A stretch of DNA of 64,000 bases, from NCBI GenBank assembly GCA_964234715.1, contig OZ174277.1. One strand, written 5' to 3'. The notes under the pieces are model-generated. The model saw only the letters and a program-made list of their open reading frames with translations, was not told the origin of the DNA and made no database searches. Positions 49,667-61,700 of the stretch are shown here, piece by piece. How positions within the stretch are numbered: the first letter of the stretch is position 1; each line of letters begins with the position of its first letter. The translations under genes and the position numbers were made by a program. Source of the stretch: Podarcis melisellensis. Taxonomy: Eukaryota.

Positions 49667-49720
<54 letters not shown>

Positions 49721-52700
49721 TGAATGGAATTGTTCTCAGATTGAGTTCTCCCCTACTCCTCAGAATTTGCTTGGGGTATGACATAAAATACATAAAACAG
49801 AACAAAACTCAATTTGAATTCTGAGTTTAATTTTACCCACCCTGGATTAAATCAAGGGTTTCCCATTTTCACCTGGAATGTTTGCTGAATGGACTGACAT
49901 CGATTAAAGCCTCCCACTTGGAGGAAGGTGAAAGACAATTGTTACTGATCTCATCTGCATACACCCTAGCAGTACCTTTCACACTGTTTTCGAAAGCCCC
50001 CGATCCATCTCGACGGGTCTGCAGGAGAAAGTAGAAATTGACAAAATGCTCCCTCCGCACCCCCACCCCACCCAATCTCCATAGGAGCATCCTATAATGA
50101 AATTCCACTTACTGTACAGGAATGCTGAATCCATGTAAGGTGTAGACTCTGTGCTTGCTTGGTGTATTATACCATAACCAGAGTGTGATAATCTTCTGCA
50201 TCTCACATATGAAGGAAATACCACATGTATTCTGGTGTTCTAAGAATGTGTTGCTTAGCTAAACAAAAAACAGAATTATTATGCGGAGATAGCAGTTCAT
50301 AACAAGCTGGTTTTGTTTCTGTAATGTTCTAGTCGTTACCAGAGCCTAAAGGAGGGAGAATGATTAAGGTAGAGGGATACTGGATTTCGATTGGTGACAT
50401 GGAACCAACTGTGGATGAGACTTATGTGCTCACAGCTTCAGTTAAACTTAACCTCAGAGACATCGTCAGAGTTGTATCTGCTGGGTATGTTGGACTTCAG
50501 CTGTACCTTTTTCTTTCCTTTGGAAATAGTTTAATTTTGATTGGTGAGAATAAAATAATCACTTGCTATTTGTTCCTGAGAGCATACTTCCTTGAATTGT
50601 GGCTACAGTGAATTTTTTTATTTAGTAATGTTCTTATTTTACAGGTACTGCAAAAAGCCAAATATTAACTGAAAACAGTATTGCAAATATATAAGCAATT
50701 GACAAATGTCTCTAACTGTTGTAGAAAAGCACGAAAATATTTTCTACATCTGTTCTTGATTGCTTGTAATTGGAATAATTTCTGGAGCATTGTTATGACT
50801 CCGGAATAAACTATGCCATACGTGTTCTTCAGTCTTTTTGAAATTATGGAATCCCGCTTTTGGAGATCCCATGATGTGAATTGTTTACGTGGCCAAATTT
50901 TGACGTATATGGGCCTAGAAATCATGACTTGAAATTCACTGAGTTGGGGCTGCTTACGTTCCACCTTGTTTTTGCATTCTTGCTAACAGGCGGCAAACAA
51001 GATGACAGCCTACATTTCCAAGTATATATTAGCAATGTGAGGAATGTAAGCAGTTGTTTGTTTTGTTTTTAAGAAAACAGAATTTTGAAGTGTTTAAGAC
51101 TCTTAACAAGTATGTACAATACACAAAAGTGTCTCTTTGCTCCATGGGAGCGAACGACTACAATAAACATGTAGTTTGAGTTTCAGACATTTGCTGGAGG
51201 AGGCGTATAACACGACAATTAAGAAGCACAAATACTGTTGTCGGTTGTCCCTAGCTTTGACTTGTTTATTCTGAACTTCAGCGAACTTTTCTTTTTTTAA
51301 TCACACAACACAACAGGAAGCCCAAGTCTCATTTCTGGAAGTGCTCTTAATCAATATATGTTGTAAAAAGACCTTGAAGCCAATCAGGTACAGTGGTACC
51401 TCAGCTTACGAACTTAATCAGTTCCGGAAGTCCATTCTTAAACTGAAACCATTCTTAAATCAAGGCGTGCTTTCCCTAATGAGTCCTCCCGCTGCCAGTG
51501 CCCTTCCACCATTTGGCTTCCATTCTTAGACTGAGGTAAAGTTCACAAACACTACTTCCAGTTTTGCATAGTTCATAAACAGGGTTGTTCTTAAACGGAG
51601 GTACCACTGTAGCTTCTTACAACAACAACAACAGTAGTAGTAGTAGTAATAACAGTAGTAGTAATAATAATAATAATAATTCAACACCATAGAACACAAC
51701 ATATAACTTGGCTGTTTTCTAATTCTTTTAAGAACCTATCCAGTGTTGATTCAAGGAGACACATCCATTGGTAAAACCAGTTTAATACGCTGGGTGGCTG
51801 CTGCAACTGGGAACCATTGTGTTAGGATTAACAATCATGAACATACTGACATCCAAGAATACATTGGCTGTTATACTTCAGATCCATCTGGGAAGCTGAT
51901 ATTTAAGGAAGGTAGGATTTTGATTATTACCTCAAATCACTCGGTGTTTCCTTGCCAGCCGGCTCTCCTACTTGCTCAAACAGATGCTTGCCTGGCTTGC
52001 CTCAAGTGGGCAACTCATTTATTTCTTTTTTTCTGTAAATGCTTCATAGGTGTCCTCATTGATGCTATGCGAAAGGGCTACTGGATAATCCTGGATGAAC
52101 TCAACCTGGCACCCACTGATGTTTTGGAGGCCCTGAACAGATTATTGGATGACAACAGAGAGCTGTTCATAACAGAAACCCAAGAAACAGTCAAAGCTCA
52201 CCCAAGATTCATGCTCTTTGCTACACAGAATCCTCCAGGGCTCTATGGAGGCAGGAAGGTACATACATAGTTTCCTCAGATGAAGCTGGCTTTCTTTTGA
52301 TATGCTATTCACACGTACACTCCACCATTTCTTCAAGGACCTTATGGTGGCATATGTGATTTCTCTCTTTCACCGTAGTCCTGTGCAGTAGGTTAGGCTG
52401 AGTAATAGTTTGAGTGAAAGACTGGCCTAGGATCACCAAGTGAGCTTTATAACTAAGTGGTGAGTTGAACCTGAGTCTTCGCCACTCCTAGTCAAACGCT
52501 CTCGTCTTTGTAGCATATCCAGAACCAGTAGTGAAATCAGTCTACAAGTTGCCAATCCAAAATGGTACCATCCAAACACAAGAGAGAGGTGTCAACAGAG
52601 TTGGGAGAACCCCACTGTTTGCAGACGTGCACAGAAATCTTCGGGGGGGGGGAATTAAGAGGGCAAAGTATGACCATGTTCAGTGGCCATGAAATACTAG

Positions 52701-55700
52701 CTGACTGTTTGAGGGTGGGAAACGTGTTAAGTTTTCAGTGTGTGTGAATTTCTCAGTAGATTAACACTTGACAGGTGGTTTTTGTGTGTGTGTCTTAAGG
52801 TATTGTCCAGAGCTTTCAGGAACAGATTTGTGGAGCTGCATTTTGATGAGCTACCAAGTACAGAGCTAGAAACCATCCTGCACAAAAGATGCCACCTTCC
52901 ACCTTCGTACTGCAGTAAACTTGTCAAAGTCATGCTGGAGTTGCAGGTACGGACAGTAATCTTTTTTCTCTTAATGAGAAAAGAATAGAGAAGTCATTTG
53001 AGCCCGAGTTGTAGTTTGGTGCCTTATACTCAAGGCGCACACATTTATTCGCTCTGGGGTTTTTTTTTGGGGGGGGGGTATTGTTGAGTTACATAGCAAC
53101 CTACCAGAATTTGTTTGGCTCAGGGGACTGATGGTCATTACTGAAATATTGGTGAAATTTGGACAAATAAATGCTAAGAAGACAACTAGGAGGTTTGGTG
53201 GTAAGGAGGGTAGGCATTGCAAGAGTAGTGGAAAATGCAGTTGTGGGTACAGAAAATTGTGTTGGATCATGAATGCTTACTTTTATGTCCTTTTAAATCT
53301 AGTCTTATCGCAGAGGTTCCTCAGTGTTTGCAGGCAAGCATGGCTTCATTACCCTTCGGGATCTCTTTCGCTGGGCCGAAAGGTACCGATTAGCAGAACA
53401 GATGGAGAAGGAGTATGACTGGCTTCAGCATTTAGCAAATGACGGTGAGTCTCCACTCGTTTCTTTTCAACTTACACAGCCATTGTGTCCAGTTCAGTAG
53501 CCACATTTCAACCATTTTTCAAAAGCGGTGAACATCTTGATAAACTGTTGTCTTTCTGTTACTAGGATTTATGCTTCTGGCAGGAAGGGTCAGGAAACAA
53601 GAAGAAGTTGACGTTATCCAAACAGTCATTGAAAAACACTTTAAGAGAAAGCTGCATCCTCAGCGCCTCTTCTCAGAAGAAAGCGTAAAGAAGCAAATGG
53701 GTAAATTTGAAAAACGATAACAATAATAAAAGAAGATTTAATGTTTGGCTAAAGCTAATTAATTTCTTTTTGTTTGTTTTGTTTGTTTCCTTCCCCAACC
53801 CCATTACCACTTTGAACCAGCTAAAGCATCTAGGTGGACATCAATAATGGGCGATGAATTCAGTCACATTGTGTGGACTCAAGGGATGACAAGGCTTGCC
53901 ATTTTGGCAGGCCGAGCATTAGAGTTTGGTGAACCTATACTTCTGGTTGGAGACACAGGGTAAACCAGTCTTCAATATATTCATTATTAGTTTTATTTAT
54001 TTTTTGCGTAGAGCAACAGACAAGTCACTGGAGTTTAATTGACTGCAAACTTTTTGTTATGCAGGTGTGGCAAAACTACTATTTGTCAGATATTTGCAGC
54101 ATTGGCTGGTCGGAAATTACATTCTGTGAACTGTCACTTGCACATGGAGACCTCTGACTTCCTGGGTGGACTGCGACCTGTCAGGCAGAGATCAAAGGAT
54201 GAGGTAAGATGGCATTATGGTGCCTGATATAATTGAGAGCTTGAAAAATCCACCAAGTGCGTGTCTGTAAATGTATGTATGTATGTACACACACACTTGA
54301 TCAGACTTTCCCCTTTTCTTTCAAACAGGAGTTTGATGGTTCTAGGCTGTTTGAATGGCATGATGGAGCCCTTGTCTTAGCAATGAGAGAGGATGGCTTT
54401 TTTCTCATGGATGAGATTTCATTGGCGGATGATTCTGTTCTAGAAAGACTAAATAGGTATGCACTTCAAAACTGGACATTTTTTAGTCTGTTGCCTTGGT
54501 GTGTCATTCACAAATGCAAATTGGATAAATCTTAACTTTTCGCTGGCTTCTTCTGATTCTTGCTGCTCTTCTAAACAACAAGAGTTGCAAAGGTTCTGTC
54601 GATTAGGCAGGTCTCTAGTGTTTTGTATGGATATTTGGAAATTTAACGAGAGCAAATACTGAGAACGTGGTTTTATTTCAGCGTCCTTGAAACTGAAAAG
54701 ACGCTAGTGTTGGCTGAAAAAGCCAGTGAGGACAATGAAGTAGAACTGCTGACTGCAGGAAAGAAGTTTCGCATTTTAGCCACAATGAATCCTGGCGGCG
54801 ACTTTGGGAAGAAAGAGGTAATGTAAGAAAATACCGTTCTGTGCTGGCCGCCACTTTCAATTACCTGCGGTTTTAGGAATGAAAAAAATGCCTATTCCGA
54901 CTTAGTCTTAGGGTTTTTCTAGAAGCTTGTAAGGCATTGCAACCAGTCCCACATCCTACCTTTCCCGGACCCCAGGCTCTTTGATAGTTACATTTTCCTT
55001 ATCACATGGCTGTCCTTCGCAGGCTACAGCTGCTTGGGAGCCCCATGCCCTTATCTGTAAGAAAGACCACACACTTTCACACTCCCAGTTCTTTTATTTA
55101 TGACCTAATTACCACAGGGAGGAAGAGACAGGAAAGCTCTTACTACCAGGCCTTTCAAGTCAAGTAGGATACATTTCAAGGAGTAAAGAGTACTAAAATA
55201 ATATTAAACGGTTAGGAAAAGCTGTTTCAGTATAAATTCATATCTCATTTGTTTCACCACATAGTGATCCTTTGCAGGGGAAGGTGGCCATCAGACTGAA
55301 AAAAGATTCCCTGCCCCGACCTAGCTCCACATGGAGCTCTGACAGCTAATTTGATTGTTGATTGTTGGAACTGAGTAAATGTGTTATTTCCTAGATAGAT
55401 AGAATTAATCGGAAAAATGTGGAAATGGTTGAGATTAATAAAATTAGTGATGATGAAGAAAATGCAGCATAAAGAAGTGTGGGTTGGTTTGGGATCCTGT
55501 AGTAGATCATATTATAAGACTATTAGGAATTTCAGGGGCAGGAATTAATGTCATTCTCCTCTGAGAATGTCATAAAATATCAAGACTATTAAGCTGCAAG
55601 TATGAGTAAATCGTTTTTCTAAGGCTAAATTAGGTCTAATAAAACATTCATTTTAAAAAAGTAAAACTCATTTTTATGCAGTTTTGTTCTTTGACACACA

Positions 55701-58700
55701 CTATTCTAACCTATTGTGCTTTTTGATACTCTCTTACACATTATTTGTAGCAATATGTTTTCCCTCGTTTTATAATTCTTCTATTTTCTCTTTTTATCCC
55801 AGTAATCCTCTTTGAGGATTCTTAAATTTTCCTCTGAGCAGTTCCCTTCATAATAACTGCACTTAATATTTTCTTGCCCATAGCTGTCGCCTGCCTTGCG
55901 TAATAGATTTACAGAAATATGGTGTCCGCAAAGTAACAACCGTATGGATTTAATGCAAATTGTAAACCATAATCTTCATCCAGGACTCTGCTTTGCCAAA
56001 CAGAATGACAAAGGTAAATATCAGAGGTATTTGTTCACCAACTCCATCACCTACTTATTCTCTCTGGGTGTCGCTCTGCTTATATCAGTAATGGGAGACC
56101 TTTTCAGCACGAGGGTCACATGCCAGTGTTGGCCAGATTAAGAAGCACCTCTCCCCTCTTCCTTAAAGCCTTCTCTTCTTACTCTAGTGAGTTTTAGGGC
56201 TGCCATGCTCTGCTGGTTTAATCACATTCAGGCAGGATTTTTCATCCTTTGTTGGCCAGGAAGAGAATAGAAAAAAGAAAGAACAGAAAAGATGTTAACA
56301 GTCAAAAGAGACTTTTATGAAACTGCCAAAGCAGTTTCAAAACCAGTGAAGTGTTTTTGTTGCTGAAAAACGTCTGCAATCACTTCTGAGTACCTTTCTC
56401 CCTAGTAACCAGCCTGCACTCCTCCGTTTCTGTGTCCCAGTGGGGTTTCCTTCTAAAAGACCCTCTGTTCTTGCAAGTCAGCTTCTCTCAGATTCTAAAA
56501 GCTAAGAAGTTAGTTCAGGCGGTTCTGAAATAGTCTCACTCTCTTAAACGCTGCCCATAGGTTTTTCTCTAAGCTGAATAATATTCCTGTGGAGAAGTCC
56601 CATGGGACTCCTGCTACAAATGGCACAGACTGAAGGTACCACTTACCTGTTGTTCAGACGCGACTAGCAGATAACAGAAATTGCAAACGGGTGTGATCTT
56701 GCGACACTGCAATTTTTCACTTGAGATTTAGTCCAATGCATGTTTATCTGCCAGTATGACAAATTGAATATAGGAGTGCTTACCTTTGAGTATGTTTCAG
56801 ATGCTGTCTGTTCCAAATTCTATACTTGATAAACCTAGATTGTGGAATTGAAATATATTTGCATAATACTGGGGTCATTTTAAGTGCAAGATCAGTTTCC
56901 TTTTGCTTAAATTTTATCATTGCCTGGACAGTGATTTAAGGAAGAACAGTTCGAGCTCTTAGTACGTTGAAAGGGATAAAAAAAAGTTTGGAATTCAGTG
57001 ACTAGATTCTGTGGTATAGGCAGAGGTTGCTATGCATATTGTCACCAGAGACCTCATTTGAACACAGCTGTAAGTTGCTGTCGGAAAAAGCTCTTGCAAA
57101 TTGAACATCTAAGGATTGTTCTAGTCCAAATATATGTGCATGTTATACAAGTCTGACTTAGGTTCTTTATTATCCAAGGTTTTAAATGAAGGATGAAAAA
57201 ATAAGTAGTGCTGATGAAACATACACTCTTATTTTTTCTTTTTGGCTATATTCTCTGCATTAAGATGAATGTTTGTCCTCTTAGGCTTAAAGTAATAGTC
57301 TGGGCCAAAGTTCAGTCACTGTGGACAAAGAGACCAATGAAGTTGCAGGATCAAAGCATGTTTTGAATTTTGCATCTGCCGATTTACTTGTGGATGGTTT
57401 TTTTTAAAAGCATTCAACCCTTTCTAATTTTGCAAATATTTATGTAAAAACATTTAAGCACTTCTCTTCAGTTATCTTGCAAAAATTATGTACAGAGGCC
57501 TCTGCATCCCTTGTGGGTCATTGTGAATTACTGCAAAACATATTCTGTTTCAGGTCTGTGTCTTAAGAATTTTTCTCTTCTCTCCATCTAATCACCTTTC
57601 CCAGGGGCAGATATTGCAGGGATCATGATGGATTTCATAGAGTGGCTGACCAATCAAGAATTTGGACACCACTGTATCCTCAGCATCCGGGATGTTTTGT
57701 CGTGGGTCAGCTTCATGAATGCTATGGTGCAAGACAAACTATCCAGTTCTTCAGAGGAGCACCAGCTTTTTGGCGTCTGTCCAGTGACAACATTTGTCCA
57801 TGCCGCATGTCTGGTGTACATAGATGGAATAGGTTCAGGTATGTCTTCAGTTTCTTTGCTTTATCTCTGAATAGTTCAGATCGTTTATTGGGGAGGGGGT
57901 CCCTCAACCCCTGGATGAGAACTACGCAAGGGTTTAAAGCAAGTTTGTCATTTTGGAACAAAAATAGTAAACAGTCTCAAGACGCATGCAAGCAATGTAT
58001 AGTGTTTGTGCTACAGAGTGTGCATTACAACCTGTCTACAGATTTTGGCCATATCTTACTGTTAACTATATGTTCATTTCCACCATTGACATATAACTAT
58101 GATCTCTTCCTCCCTCTACCCCCTATGTAGGCACCATGTCCTGTTCGGCTGGCTCAGCTGCTTTGGCTCGTGAAAAATGCCTGGAATATTTGTGTGGGAA
58201 AATTTCCCAAGTAGTGCAACTCACTGAGGTTCAGAAGAATGAGCTGAAAATATATGACCTGAAGAGGGAAAGGGAAATGGTTTGGATGGAGAACCACATA
58301 GGAATCCACCCATTTTTCATACCAACAGGCAAGGAACTCTTGGTGGTATTGCTGCTGCTGTACAATTTGAATGGTGATGTGCCGCTTACGATGACTTAAG
58401 AGCCGAATGCGTGAGAGATGACAAACATGCAGAAAAAATAATTTGTTACAGTCCTTCCAAGACCCTTCCATTTCTAATTGAGTGCTTGAATGCTCTTTTC
58501 TCAGATGAAGGCACTTAGCTTAGACTTCGCTCTGGCGTGCTAGCTTTCCATATGCATGGAGTTTTTAAGAGCTTTAATGGTGGAGCATTCAAATATTTTA
58601 CTCCACAATCTGTAGTTAGAATTGTTAAGTATCATAATTCTGTGTATTTCAGATGTTAAGACAGGAGTGCCGTTGCTTAATATAGCTAAGCCTGCACCAC

Positions 58701-61700
58701 CCATTAAAAAGAGGGGAGATTAGAGGAGATTGCAAAAATACAAAAAACAAAACTTTGGAGGAAAATCCCTCTGCATCAAGATGAATGTTGATCTGGAACC
58801 ATTATTCTGTCTGATGAGCTAGTAATTTCACTGGAGCAAAAATGTTGATCATCTTACCCTGTAATCTAATTAATTTTTTATTTGCTTTCTCTGTGCTGTA
58901 GGCCCTATTTACCAGAAGAACAATGTCTCAGACTACGCTCTAAATGCAGGAACTACAGCAATGAATGCACAGCGGTTGTTAAGGGCCTTGCAACTTAACA
59001 AGCCCATTCTCCTGGAAGGCTCTCCAGGTGTTGGGAAAACCAGCCTAGTAGCAGCCTTGGCAAAGGCTTCTGGAAATTGCCTTGTTAGAATCAATCTTTC
59101 TGAGCAAACGGTAGGTAGGGATTACTGTGGTCTCCACTGAAATACCTGTACTTGTGAATGTGAGAGTCTATACTTGCAAGTTAACAGGTGTTAAGTTTTC
59201 ACAAATCTTGAGAATACTCCTAATTGATTGGGGAGGGGGAAGATGCTTAGAAATAGGTAAGTTTAATAAGGGGTGTATTGTTGATTAATTATAAGAGGAA
59301 GCATTATATTCCTTTTCCTGTTTCACATGCATTTGGAAACCTTGACTTTTCTTCCTTCTGATCCAGGACGTCACAGATTTGTTTGGCACAGACTTACCTG
59401 TTGAAGGGGGCAAAGGAGGGGAATTTGCCTGGCGTGATGGACCTTTGCTTGCAGCATTGAAAGCTGGACACTGGATTGTATTAGATGAGGTGAGTTCAGC
59501 TTAATGTAGCACAGAAAAAGGATTTTCGTTCCTTTTTTGGAAAATGAGGTCTCTAGCTGTCTCAGTTTGCTGTTTGGGGGCTTTAAAAGGATCTTATCCC
59601 AACATGGTAAAGTTAACAGTGCATTCTCCTTACGTGGAGAAAGTATCCTGGAACAGTCTGCTGCTCCCATTTATTCAAGAGGCTGCTCAGATTTTATCTT
59701 CAGTTTTCCAGTGGGAGAACACACACTTGCTTTTTCTGGGGTGGCAGTTACAGAAGGCGATTTTGTGGACAAACAGCTTGAGTTCTGTGTCATGGATGTG
59801 CTGCAGTTTACAGAAGATTAAAACTACTACTCACCTTTTAAGTGCCGTCTTAGGGCTGAATTAGCTTGAAATCAACACTTTCTTAATAGAATCCATAGGA
59901 AGTGGTTTTATAATATTGGTCCATCCAGCTCAGGGTTTCAAACAGTGCCACTTGAAGATGCTAGCCATTGACTCTTGGGACCTTTTTTTGCACACAAGGT
60001 ATCTACTCTACCCCTGAGCAATGGCATTCATCTGGGTGGATTCTGACAGCCTCATTGACTTCACAGTTGTATTTACCTTTAGGCTATGCCAGGCATGTCC
60101 AACAGGTAGATCATGATCTACTGGTAGATCCTGGTAGATCTCAGGCCCCTCAGTGATCTCCTCCCCCCCTCCCCCCAACAACTTTGGTCCATCCAACAAC
60201 AATGGGTAGATCATTGCCAGTTTTTTTATAGTGTGAGTAGATCACAGTCTTTGGGAGTTGGGCGTCCCTGGGCTATGCTGTTGCTCTTTTGAGTTGTGCA
60301 AAAGGAGCTTGAAGCCTAAAGAGTAGCTAAATAACCAGGCCATTTGTGTTAATCTGAAGTTAACTTTTCCTGAGCTAACTACAGTACTTTTGCTTATTTG
60401 CTATAGATTTAAAGGTGTTTTGTGGGCAAAAGTGTGTGTTGTGAAGAAGAGGGGCAGTATAAATTTTCCTGTTGGTTTTTCTCAAATAGCTGAACTTGGC
60501 TTCTCAGTCGGTACTAGAAGGCCTGAATGCTTGTTTTGACCATCGGGCAGAGATTTACATTCCTGAGTTGGGAATGAGCTTCCATGTGCAACACAAGAAA
60601 ACAAAGATCTTTGGATGCCAGAATCCCTACAGGCAAGGAGGTGGCAGAAAGGGGTTGCCCAAATCTTTTCTGAACAGATTCACACAGGCAAGTCCATAAT
60701 GTCATTTAAAACTATTTCTCTTGTCCTCCTTGCAGTTCCTTTCTAAATGGAATCATTTTTTATTTCATTTGCAAGCGCACTGTGCATTTTTCTGTGTCTA
60801 CATAAAAATAATACTTGAGTCTCACCTCCCACCCCATTTAATTATATTGATGTAGGTTTTCGTGGACCCTCTCTCATCCGCAGACATGGAGTACATTGGA
60901 AATACCCTGTTTCCTGCTATTGATAAAAAGATTATTGCAAAAATGGTTGAATTTAACAACATGGTAAGTATAATTCCTGAAACTCCTCTTGATGATGTGA
61001 ATGGTCTTCTTAAGGAGAGGGACTTCAGGGTTCTGGTGACTGTCCCCACAAGTCCAAGCCAATGACTGCTGCAACTATGTGAAAAGCTGGTCACAGTTTC
61101 ATCTGAACATGTATTGAGACAAACTTCATTTGTAGTCATTTTCAACTCTGGAGTTGCAGTGGCATGTAAACTAGCTGGGCTCCACAGATAACAGCCACTG
61201 CAGACTGGGTTTGTATTTCATTTTTTGTTGCCTATTATGTCAGACAGAACTTCCCTTTTTTTTCTTCCTATGGCATGTTCTGTTTGTGTGGCTGAGGCTT
61301 ACTAAGTCTGAGTTCACATAAAAGTTTCTTTGAGGCTTTCCCCCTAGCAAGTAGGCATAGAATCATACATGTGTGTCCAAGGTAAGACAACTGCATGTTG
61401 TATGTGTTTAGGTTTCCCCAGTTATTCTGGAACAAGAGCATTCCATAAAGATTTTGAATGGACGGTAAAGAGTGGTGGTAGCTTAGAAGAGCAGTAAATT
61501 AAGTTGAATGCTTGGCGCGATGAATGCTTTCTTGTGCAATGGCGTTTTAATAATCTACCATGAGCTGAAACATGTCTGAGTTTTTAATCTTTTGAACTGG
61601 TATGTTATTCAGATTGATCAAGAAGTTATGATTGAGAAGAAGTGGGGGCATAAAGGTGGACCTTGGGAGTTTAATCTGCGTGACCTTTTCCGATGGTGTC

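Noticed and set aside
50665-50964. 99-aa minus-strand ORF in MDN1 intron 23 as a stand-alone gene
   Set aside because: GTG start, in-frame stop just upstream and no recognisable domain; only the donor motif inside it is kept, under the antisense-transcript finding.
55445-55570. Possible intronic C/D snoRNA (GTGATGA...CTGA); similar C-box-like hits near 34880, 44323 and 60990
   Set aside because: No convincing terminal stem or recognisable rRNA guide; a snoscan or Infernal search would be needed to revive these.
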